Below are positions 43,731-54,778 of a DNA stretch of 64,000 nucleotides, piece after piece; the stretch's first letter is position 1, and every line of letters begins with the position of its first letter. Made by a program: the position numbers and the translations under genes. Origin of the DNA: Octopus vulgaris (lineage: Eukaryota); NCBI GenBank assembly GCA_951406725.2, contig OX597831.1, forward strand, positions 57,040,001 to 57,104,000, given 5' to 3'. Under the pieces are notes generated by a model, which ran no database searches, was not told the origin of the DNA, and worked only from the letters and a program-made list of their open reading frames with translations.

Positions 43731-44193
43731 AAAAAAGAGTAAAAGAGCTTATACATGTAGTCTTAGGGATATAGCAGAGTGATCCACCTTTTGGTTCAAA
43801 AGTGTATAAGTGTCGATCTGCCATTATGGGAACCGTAAATATGGTCAATGTAAAAGTTAGAGAACACTGAAACATCATGAACACCTTCTAAATCTAGGCA
43901 GTAATATCACTAGGGTAGTAGTTGGCCAGGTCAGAGGAGTTAGCCTGTGCTATTACCATGAACCCATAATGGCGCCTCTAAGCAGTCACTAAAAATATTA
44001 GAAATAGCAATCAAATCTCTCTAAAACTCAATTTCATTTTAAAGGACCGACATAAAGGATTATGTAGTGCTAGATAAACCTGATCGTGTGATTACGATTA
44101 AATGTCTGCTTGATGAAGATTGACTTGTAAAATTCTCGTAAATCCTCGTAAAATTTCTTTCTATACTCATCTATTTCATACGCACGTACATAC

Positions 44194-44337
44194 ATCATCA
44201 TCATCATTATTGCTCGACCGTGGTCGAGACAATGGAATTTACCATGCTACGCCAAACTTCACGGTCCATCATAGCATTACGGAGGTCCTGTTGCTGGATG
44301 CCTGTATCCCTGGAGATTACATCAGGGTAGGAGAGTG
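44194..44337 (-). mobile_element. RTE-type LINE (or LINE-derived SINE) 3' end
   Basis: LSYPDVISRDTGIQQQDLRNAMMDREVWRSMV followed by a (TGA)n tail. Confidence 0.55.
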
Positions 44338-45957
44338 TGCATACATACATACATACATACATACATACATACATACATACATACATACATACATACATAC
44401 ATACATACATACTTCACGGCAGGAGGTGCAGATGAGAGCAGCTGCATCAAACTCTCTCATGCACCAAATGTCAATTGTTAAAAAGCATACGTGAAGTAAA
44501 ATCATGTAGCAACACCGAATGGCGGTGCCCCAGCATGGCCACAGCTCGTGAGCTGAAACTAGATAAAATGATAAAATGATACATACATACATACATACAT
44601 ACATACGATCACATAGAGTTCAAAGAGACTGGAGTTGGTCTGCATTGGCAAGACTTACATTGTTAAATAAAATCGAACAAAAGAGTGTGTATTCCTTTAT
44701 AGCCCATAAGGGGCTAAACACAGAGGGGACATACAAGGACAGACAAAGGGATTAAGTCGATTACATCGACCCCAGTGCGTTACTGGTACTTAATTTATCG
44801 ACCCCGAAAGGATGAAATGCAAAGTCGATATCGGCGGAATTTGAACTTAGAACGTAGCGGCAGACGAAATACCTATTTCTTTACTACTCACAAGGGCTAA
44901 ACACAGAGAGGACAAACAAGGACACATAAAAAAAAGGAATTAGGCCAATTATGTCGACCCCAGTGCGTAACTGGTACTTATTTAATCGACCCCGAAAGGA
45001 TGAAAGGCAAAGTCGGCTAAGCATTTCGCTCGGCGTGCTAGCGTTTCTGCCAGCTCGCCGCCTTCGACCAAAAGAGTATAGTGAGCCTGCCGTGCGGAAT
45101 GGAAAATCCAACGTTTCGGACTCAGTTCTTCTTCATAGAAACGTTAACAGGAAAGAAATTACAGAGAGACAGCCAATTTTTCATCACCCGTTGTACATAC
45201 ATGCATGCATATATTCATACATATATACACACATACGTACGTGCATACATAAATACAAACATAGATACATACATAAATCCATTCACCCATACATACATTC
45301 ACAAATACATATACACCTATATATGATTATATAGATAAATACATACATAACTCAACATAACAGTCCCTGTTACAAATAAAACCGGTAAGCAGAAAAATGA
45401 AAATATACAAGACATATACAATATACGAGGCTATAGATGAAGACACTTGCACAAGATGCCACGCAGTGGGACTGAACCCGGAACCATGTGGTTGGTAAGC
45501 AAGCTACTTACCACACAGCCACTCCTACGCCTATTTTATGTCTAAATTTTATGATGTAACCGTTTTGTTTTTTAGCCAACCTCTATCAATTTTATTTGTT
45601 GCATAAAAGACTGATTCATACTTACACACACACACACATACACCCACACACATACTCACTCACACCCACACACCCACACACACACCCACACACACAATCT
45701 CATGTAGCCACAGGTGCGAGATGACAGCTTCAGTACCGCTGCCTGCAGCTCCATGCAAATATAATTATCATCTAACATTTATCTCAATTCTTATATTTTG
45801 GAATGCTAACTTTAGCAAGTTAGGCAGTAATGGTGGATCCCTTTTAATAATTGAAGACACTCTCGATGAATATCCTACGTATAAATTACACTCATTCTAC
45901 ACATACGCATACATACAAACACGCATAGATATCCATACATACTTGCATCTATATCTA

Positions 45958-46018
<61 letters not shown>

Positions 46019-46390
46019 CTTTCGTTTTTTGTTCTCTTCATCCCCCAAAAGAAAAGCTCTACCTTGTAACTTGTCCCATCTGTGTGCAGCCCTGTGTGGC
46101 CAATAAAGAAACTTAAACTTATCTATCTATCTATCTATATGTATGTATGTATGTATGCATGTATATATATATATATATAGCAATAATAATTCTCTAAAAG
46201 GGATATAGACAGTAACTGCTCGATAACATAAGGGACTAAAGCCATCTGAATATGGCTAGGGACAGGGCAGGGTGGTGGGGGTGTTACTGTTGCATTTAGC
46301 CCCAGGCGAACATCGACGTCACCAGAAAGGCTCGACACCGTCACGGCGCCCTTAACCTGCAAAGGGAGGTAATTCCCCGATGAAGCGGAA

Positions 46391-46442
46391 ACCACACACG
46401 GACCATGGTTTCAAGGTGTATTGCCTATCATCGGCGTGTGGT
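46391..46442 (-). ncRNA. Minimal type I hammerhead ribozyme (unit 1)
   Basis: Minus strand ACCACACG-CCGAUGA-UAGGCAAUACACCUU-GAAAC-CAUG-GUC^CGUGUGUGGU; stem I CACACG/CGUGUG; palindromic loop III (CCAUGG); U4C core variant. Confidence 0.75.
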
Positions 46443-46750
46443 AGGCCTCCGCTTCCTCGACGAATTCTCACTCTGCAGGATTTTCTTATATAGATTTTCA
46501 AGCAAAATACATTTGCTGATTTCGAAAATCTGTTCGAAAGCAATAATAATTCTCTAAAAGGGATATAGACAGTAACTGCTCGATAACATAAGGGACTAAA
46601 GCCATCTGAATATGGCTAGGGACAGGGCAAGGTGGTGGGGGTGTTACTGTTGCATTTAGCCCCAGGCGAACATCGACGTCACCAGAAAGGCTCGACACCG
46701 TCACGGTGCCCTTAACCTGCAAAGGGAGGTAATTCCCCGATGAAGCGGAA

Positions 46751-46802
46751 ACCACACACGGACCATGGTTTCAAGGTGTATTGCCTATCATCGGCGTGTG
46801 GT
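46751..46802 (-). ncRNA. Minimal type I hammerhead ribozyme (unit 2)
   Basis: Identical to 46391-46442, exactly 360 nt away. Confidence 0.75.
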
Positions 46803-47121
46803 AGGCCTCCGCTTCCTCGACGAATTCTCACTCTGCAGGATTTTCTTATATAGATTTTCAAGCAAAATACATTTGCTGATTTCGAAAATCTGTTCGAAAG
46901 CAATAATAATTCTCTAAAAGGGATATAGACAGTAACTGCTCGATAACATAAGGGACTAAAGCCATCTGAATATGGCTAGGGACAGGGCAGGGTGGTGGGG
47001 GTGTTACTGTTGCATTTAGCCCCAGGCGAACATCGACTTCGAAATCAGCAAATGTATTTTGCTTGAAAATCTATATAAGAAAATCCTGCAGAGTGAGAAT
47101 TCGTCGAGGAAGCGGAGGCCT

Positions 47122-47173
47122 ACCACACTCCGATGATAGGCAATACACCTTGAAACCATGGTCCGTGTGTGGT
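47122..47173 (+). ncRNA. Minimal type I hammerhead ribozyme (inverted copy)
   Basis: ACCACACT-CCGATGA-TAGGCAATACACCTT-GAAAC-CATG-GTC-CGTGTGTGGT; a G>T change breaks the stem I pair next to the core. Confidence 0.65.
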
Positions 47174-47333
47174 TTCCGCTTCATCGGGGAATTACCTCCC
47201 TTTGCAGGTTAAGGGCACCGTGACGGCGTCGAGCCTTTCTGGTGACGTCGATGTTCGCCTGGGGCTAAATGCAACAGTAACACCCCCACCACCCTGCCCT
47301 GTCCCTAGCCATATTCAGATGGCTTTAGTCCCT

Positions 47334-47386
<53 letters not shown>

Positions 47387-47580
47387 ATATATATACATAT
47401 ATAATATATATTATATATATATAATACATTATATATATAATATATATAATATATACATATATATATATATAATATATATACATACATACATATATGCATA
47501 TGCATTTATCTATCTATCCTTCTATTTATTTATTTATTTATCTATCTACCTATCTGTCTATCTACATGTGTGCCTGTCTG

Positions 47581-47665
<85 letters not shown>

Positions 47666-48076
47666 TTAAATAAATAAATTTTTCAAAGAACACATTCTTA
47701 TATTAAGTGAAAACCGTGTAAATATTCAGAAACAAATAGAGAAAGAAAGAGAGAGAGAGGAAAGGCCAAGTAAGAGCTAAAGCAACATAATCTTGTTACA
47801 ATTATGCTATTGCTTCTGCATTATTCCTTAGTGTGAGGATATACAACAGTTATAAATCTATGCATACGTGATTGGAATTGGTTTCGTTATCATAGAATGC
47901 TTTACCATCATGCTTTCTCTCAAGAGAGTTTGCTAACGAAATTTACACTCGTTTCCTCTGTCGGAATAAAGACCTTCCGATTCACTAACATACAAAGAAT
48001 TCTCTATTTTGATTTTACGATCAATCAATCAATTAATTTATTCATGAACTGGGATTCATCAAAGAATATATTTATT

Positions 48077-48110
<34 letters not shown>

Positions 48111-48405
48111 TTACAAATAAATACATTGAATTAAATATGGAGAGAGAATGATGCCAGCTGGTTAAATTCTACGTGGTTCGTAACTGGCTAGAAATAACAG
48201 CCGAGCCATCATCTAATAATACGATATTGTCTTACGAAAAGAAGACAGGAAACGTGTTGGATTAACGAAGTGAATGATGCACACTATTGTCTGAATAATA
48301 AAAAGGGTTGGGCACAGCTGGAATGTCTTTGATCAAATGTCTGTTTGATCAGGACTAATTTGCGACTTAATATATCGGGAGGCTTGAACTAAATAGTGAA
48401 AAAAT

Positions 48406-48476
<71 letters not shown>

Positions 48477-48508
48477 CCCCTCTCTCTGTATGTATATATG
48501 TATATATA

Positions 48509-48543
<35 letters not shown>

Positions 48544-48613
48544 ATGTGTGTATATATATATATATATATGTTTATATAAATATGTATGTATATATACATA
48601 TATACATACATAC

Positions 48614-48648
<35 letters not shown>

Positions 48649-49639
48649 TGTATATATAAAATGATGATGATGATGATGAAAATATTTGTGTATTAGCTCA
48701 CATTGAATCGCCGGACACTGAAGATACAGAAAGAAGCAACAATACGCCATTGTTGTTGCGTAATATCTGAAACAACGAAGCAGAAATTATACCTCCCTCC
48801 CCACCACCGCTATTAATTAGTAATGGCAGCTAATGTGCTCTAATTGATAAATCATCAAACGAAGACTTATCATGAAAATGTAAAAATGTAAAAATTTTCA
48901 ATAATTATAATCTTTTGTTGTTTGTAAATGTTAATTTGTGAATGAATCTTTACACCGTAAGATAAGACAGAATACAACACAATAGAGAAAACCTCCATGT
49001 GCTAACCAAGGTGACTCTACATGGTGACTTGGACCTGCTAGAAATAGCAGAAAAGAATCTTCTTTAACCCTTGCCTGTGCAAAACATTTACATACGTCTA
49101 TCTTAAACGTCTATGCCTATTGTTTCACTTTAATTAACGCTTGTTTCATACGTTCTGAATAAAATGTTTCTTTATTAGGGTCATCACAGACGGGACAAAT
49201 TACAAAGTAGAGCTTTTCCTTTTGGGGAGAAAAAGAAAAAAGCGGGGTAGGTTTTCGATCAAAAGTGATCGTAAAAAGGAAAGAAAAAAAGAGAGAAAAA
49301 AAATAATAAAAGGATCAATAGGGGTCGTGTATCACAGAAATGTCCTGATGTAAAGTGTAAAGGGGGAAGCAGATAAGGTTTATCCGTGGAAAGAAAAGCC
49401 TACGGAAAAGACCACGGTAACCTCGGTCCATAATGTCACATGTTAACGCATTTGTTTGCAAGTAAAAGCTTCCCTTTCATAAGTTCCAAGTTACTCTTCA
49501 GTGGTTCAAAAACATTGGGAATGTGCACCATATATATGACGCGTGGACGTCATGAAAATATCATAGGACACACAAAGGGTGAAATACAGGAGGTTCTGAA
49601 TCACTCAGTGTCACAAAGCTGGATATTTGTAGTACACAA

Positions 49640-49716
<77 letters not shown>

Positions 49717-50374
49717 GACAGAGAATCGATCCCTGTATTGAACAGGTATTTGATTCATCGAGCCCGAAGGAACAAACGGCGAAGTTGACCTCAGCAGGAT
49801 TTGTAACCAAATTGAAGAATCGGAACGGGAACGAATACAAAGAAGCATGCTATTCGATGCTCTAACGATTCTGCCTATGAGCAGGCTTGGATTATCTCCT
49901 CTAATACTTGATTACTAAATCACTTGCTAATCCCATCTCTCGACGTAAAGTTTCAATTAATGCCATAAATTCCTTTGTATCAAATCCTGGACCTCATTTC
50001 AATTGATCTGTTAATTAATAGCACGTCTTTTGAATATTAAAATACAAAATCTTTTAATCAATTGGGCTGACGACTCAATGAAAACAAGATTCTTGCCGAA
50101 ATCATTAAATTATTATCCACAGAAGAAAAGCAATGTCCAAAGAATCTATTGAATCTATTGAAGAAATTATACAGAAGTGCTATGAATTCATGAACCACTT
50201 TCATCCCACCCTCCTCCCAGGAGACCATTAAGTAGTAAATCTTAATGCAAGTCAATCCATATTGCTATATAGCGATATTTGTTTTAGATACATCATCATT
50301 AGGATCACCGTCGTTGTCGTCGTTGCTGTCATCGTCGCCTTCTTCATCACCATAATCATCATCATCATCATCAT

Positions 50375-50799
50375 CATTGTCGTCGTCCTCCTCCTTTTCT
50401 TACTCCTCCTCCTTCTCCTCCTCTGCCACTTCTGCCTCTTCTTCTTCCTCCTCTTCTTCTTCTTCTTCTTCTTCTTCTTCTTCCTCCTCTTCTTCTTCTT
50501 CTTCTTCTTCTTCTTCCTCTTCCTCCTATTCCTCTTCCTCCTCTTCCTCGTCCTCCTCTTCCTCTTCCTCCTCTTCCTCGTCCTCCTATTCCTCTTCCTC
50601 CTCTTCCTCGTCCTCCTATTCCTCTTCCTCCTCTTCCTCGTCCTCCTCTTCCTCGTCCTCCTCTTCCTCGTCCTCCTATTCCTCTTCCTCCTATTCCTCG
50701 TCCTCCTCTTCCTCGTCCTCCTTTTCCTCTTCCTCCTCTTCCTCGTCCTCCTCGTCCTCCTCCTCTTCCTCCTCTTTCTCCTCTTCCTCTTTCTCCTCT

Positions 50800-50834
<35 letters not shown>

Positions 50835-51045
50835 TTCCTCCTCTTCATCCTCCTCTTCATCCTCCTCCTTCATCCTCCTCTTCCTCGTCCTCTTCGTCCT
50901 CCACGTTCTCCTCCACTTCCTCTTCCTCCTCTTCCACATCCTTCTCCTCCTTCTCCTCCTCCTCCTCCTCCTCATTGTCGTCGTTGTCGCTGTCCTTTTC
51001 CTCCCACTCGTCCTTCTCATCCCCCTCGTCCTTCTCCTCCCCTTC
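50375..51045. repeat. Long polypyrimidine/polypurine trinucleotide-based tract (TCC/TCT/TCG)
   Basis: About 670 bp almost entirely C/T on the + strand; source of spurious long ORFs. Confidence 0.95.
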
Positions 51046-51252
51046 CAAGCGCTACAACCACAATTCAGGCAAGGATCGTTAGTGATGAAATAAAAATGGA
51101 AATTCATTATAGCTTAATTAATGAAAAGTGTGTGACATATGCCAAAAAGACGTACCTCTACATGGTACGGTTTCGTGCTAATTTATCAAAAAAAGTTGTT
51201 AGAAATACAGTTACTTGAAAAATACACACATGTTTATGTGTGTGTGTGTGTA

Positions 51253-51317
<65 letters not shown>

Positions 51318-51319
<2 letters not shown>

Positions 51320-51545
51320 TTCTTTATTGCCCACAAGGGGCTAAACATAGAGGGGACAAACAAGGACAGACAAAGGGATTAAGTCGATTACATCGACCCC
51401 AGTGCGTAACTAGTACTTAATTTATCGACCCCGAAAGGATGAAAGGCAAAGTCGACCTCGGCGGAATTTGAACTCAGAACGTAACGGCAGACGAAATACG
51501 GCTACGCATTTCGCCCGGCGTGCTAACGGTTCTGCCAGCTCGCCT
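51318..51545 (-). mobile_element. tRNA-derived SINE family A
   Basis: Reverse complement of family A, inserted in (TA)n. Confidence 0.8.
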
Positions 51546-52510
51546 TATATATATATATATATCTGTGAGTATGTGTGTGTGTATGTATGTGTTACACACG
51601 CACACACATACCATTTATATCAATGGGGGTGCCGCAATAAAATCATGTGATCTGTTAGAAATAACAGCTAAATCTCTCTCAAATAATAGCATATAATCTT
51701 AAAAAATATTACACGTTCATTAATGTAGTCCGAAGTAAAATTACTGGATGGTCATGGCTGGCCTCGATCATAGGTTTACCCGATCAGGGCTGACCTGGAC
51801 CTAAACAACAGCAAGAACACCCACAACAACGCATACATCAGCAACGCACAAACATGTGGCGAACATCCAAACACATTTATTTCCCTTTGATGAAAATCTT
51901 TGAACATAAGAGACCAAACAATTAGCCTTATTTATCATCCTAATTTTACGTGAAATAAATGCCCAATTTAATCTTGCTTTCTGAATATCTAACACATAAC
52001 AGTCTATTATACCAATTCCAAACACCATTAAACTTCCAAATCGCTTTTTTTTTTGCATAAGAGTAGCATCACAAACCGATAATTAATGAAAGCACTCAGT
52101 AAATTCGGAGGAATAAAAAAAAAGGAAAAAGAGAAAAACGAAAAAATTAGAAAAGCAAAAGTCACGTGTCATAGTCATATTTGGCGGACAAGCTGAAGTG
52201 AAAATGTAAATAGCTGGATATATATGATACAGTGTCAACTTTATATAAAACTATCTACACGGTATGAGTATATAAGCATGCCTTGTCCTGTTTTCTAGTC
52301 ATTCTGAAATGCGAGAAAATCCTAATCATTTCCGATAAAAGATCATCGAGTGTGTGAGTGCGTGCGCGCGTGTGCATGTGTGTGTGTGTGTACCTTTATC
52401 ATTTGATTCTAAAGCAAACATAAGTGACTCAAAAGTGTAGAGTTTCGCGCATGATACTTATACAAGAATTTTTTTTAATGTTTATGTATATACATGCATA
52501 CATACGTATG

Positions 52511-52582
<72 letters not shown>

Positions 52583-52885
52583 CATATACATATAGATATA
52601 TGTATATAGATATGGGTATGTGTGTATATGTGTATAAATATATATATATTTATAGAAAGAGAGAGAGAGAATAGGAGAGAGAATGAGAGAGAGAGAGAGA
52701 GAAAGAGAGAGTGAGACAGAGAGAGACAGAGAGACAGAGAGACAGAAAGAGACAGAGAGAAACGATAGCTGGAAATATTTTGAAGATGAACACTTGTGTA
52801 AAAGCATATTGACATTTATGTAGTTACAGAACAAATTTGCATGGAGTTCAAAAATCTAGAAAACTAAGGGGAGAGGCATAGCATT

Positions 52886-53040
52886 TCAAGTTCGACAGCT
52901 GTTTCTGCGGGCTCGGTATTATACAATAGTTGTAATATTTATAGAGGCAGATGAAGTGTGCAAAAAAGTCAAACATATACAACCAGTAGAGGATGCATAT
53001 AAACATTACCGTAAGACCGGGCTTCGTCTTCAGGGTGGAA
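52886..53040 (-). ncRNA. Hammerhead-like motif with long (~120 nt) stem-loop II
   Basis: Minus strand CTGAAGA ... GAAAC-AGCT-GTC; the insert pairs internally (CGGT/ACCG, GTAATGTTTATA/TATAAATATTAC); stem I weak. Confidence 0.35.
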
Positions 53041-53377
53041 AGATCAGCAAATAGCCATCATTCTCCCTCTCACTAAATTTGTATATATATGTATATATAT
53101 GGGTATATATGCATACACATAAACATACTTATACACATCGGGAATTTTGGCCCTGATTCTGGTCACAAAGTTTTGATTTACTCTGGTAAAGCTCTGAGAC
53201 AAAGAATAACAACTAGAACCGTTACTACGTATCCTAAAATCAATCTCCCTTAGATAAAAATCTCTGAAGATAAGAGGCGAAATATTTTAGTCTATTTATC
53301 GCAATATTAGCTTGAAATGAATATCTCATTCAATGATATTTTGTAAGTGTAATATACGTCTATTTTTATATGGAATA

Positions 53378-54415
53378 CTAGCAGAGATACCCGGCGTAGC
53401 CCGGTTGCATTCAATTGAAGAATTAGACTTTTCTGTTATATTTTCTGAATGAACTGGAATATCTATGTGTCGAATTTCATCAAAATTGCAGATGAGGGTT
53501 ATTTCCCTCTTTACACACCCTAAAAAAATTGTAATCATGTCACATGGAAACCAAAAAACGAATGATCACAATAAGCAGTCAGTTACCCTACCCTAGTCGT
53601 TACCACTCCCAGTGTAGGATTCCTCACCATCCAGGTGACAGGCACAGCCGTAAGATGCATTACGAATCTATAGCAATTGGAAGGGCGTGACCCAACTGAA
53701 ATAAACATTAACAACTGTCTGACGTGAGGGCTTAGGAGAAATTAAAGTGTCACCTCTGGAGTTTGCAAATGACCACTATACTGATACGTAACTGGACAGA
53801 ATGAATTTAAAATCTATAAATGTCTTTGAATAAGCAGTCACTCATCTGGGAAGGCCTTGTAATCAATGTTACCATCTGGGGACTATGTGTGACCGAGTGA
53901 TAATAAAAAGACTGAAAGGAGGTCTGCAATCAAATAACTTTACTCAACACTTTGCAACTGAATCAGTGGAGACAAAGATGCTTCTCAATTACTTAACAAG
54001 TTATGCACCACATTGCAGAAATCACAATGTAAGTGTATGTCAAAGCAAACTGTTACACTGTTGTATCATTGAATTAGAAATAATGCCCAACTTTTATGCT
54101 CGGGTAACCCTACAGCTTCCAAGAGCACAACTGTATTCGTTTTTGGTTAGATAAAATGACAAAATTGTGGGTGTTAAGTCCCCACGGAGGGGTCTTTCTA
54201 ACTTTGTAACTTCTATAAATATAACTTCATTTATGTCTAATATCTATGGTAAAAATTTCATCAACAGCAAAAATATATGAATTGCCATGGGGGTTATGGC
54301 CCTTATGCTTAGAATATAATTTCCAAATTTCATAAAGATCCATTCAGTACTTTTGACCTAGTTTTGGATCATAAAAGAAATGACTAAAATTTGGGAGTTA
54401 AGGCTCCCATTAGGG
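53378..54415 (-). mobile_element. Putative non-autonomous Helitron
   Basis: Minus-strand 3' end: GC hairpin ccgggctacgccggg, 8 nt, then CTAG-T; similar ends at about 40984 and 63675; 5' boundary is a guess. Confidence 0.45.
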
Positions 54416-54417
54416 TG

Positions 54418-54464
<47 letters not shown>

Positions 54465-54778
54465 GATAGATAAATAGATAGATATAGATATAGATACACA
54501 CACACACAGAAAGATAAATTGATAGATACAACTGAGTGGGCAAACAAAAATATGAGACACAGCCTAGTGCTTTTTATGTTGATAAGCCTAGTACTTATTC
54601 TATTAGTTTGTTCTTGTGAAACCAGTAAGTTTTGTGGGTGTAAATAAATGAACAGCAGTTGAGAAGCAGTGATGAGGGCGAAACACAGACACAAAGACAC
54701 ACACATACACTTACATATATACATATATATACGATTGATTTGTTTTAGTTCCTGTCTACGAAATCCATATATATATAT

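Larger units (their letters stand above)
46179..47338. mobile_element. Candidate non-LTR retrozyme: 360-bp tandem array (about 2.4 units, ribozyme on minus strand) plus inverted partial copy (47038-47338)
   Basis: Units at 46179, 46539 and 46899 are near-identical (2 differences seen between units 1 and 2). 47038-47338 is the reverse complement of about 300 bp of the unit. There is one hammerhead per complete unit, and (TA)n flanks both ends. Confidence 0.8.

Noticed and set aside
46377-46412. Plus-strand CCGATGAAGCGGAAAC as a second, opposite-polarity hammerhead
   Set aside because: Too short for stem II and no matching stem I; these bases are accounted for by the extended stem I of the minus-strand ribozyme.
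46179-47037. CRISPR-like array
   Set aside because: Whole units repeat with no unique spacers; eukaryotic context and no cas genes.
46135-47387. Repeated 63-86 aa ORFs in the 360-bp units
   Set aside because: Non-ATG starts and no recognisable domain; the repetition simply reflects the DNA repeat, and RNA structure explains the unit better.
48701-48765. Exon-like segment on the minus strand (tttcag...gtgagc) beginning YYATT, reminiscent of exon a (YIATT)
   Set aside because: Similarity ends after five codons, the M1 motifs are absent, and its 65-nt length is not phase-compatible; treated as chance.
50252-51218. Long ORFs (202-318 aa; poly-R/K, poly-S, poly-L/F, poly-E)
   Set aside because: Open in several frames on both strands only because the trinucleotide tract lacks stop codons; no domain or splice support.
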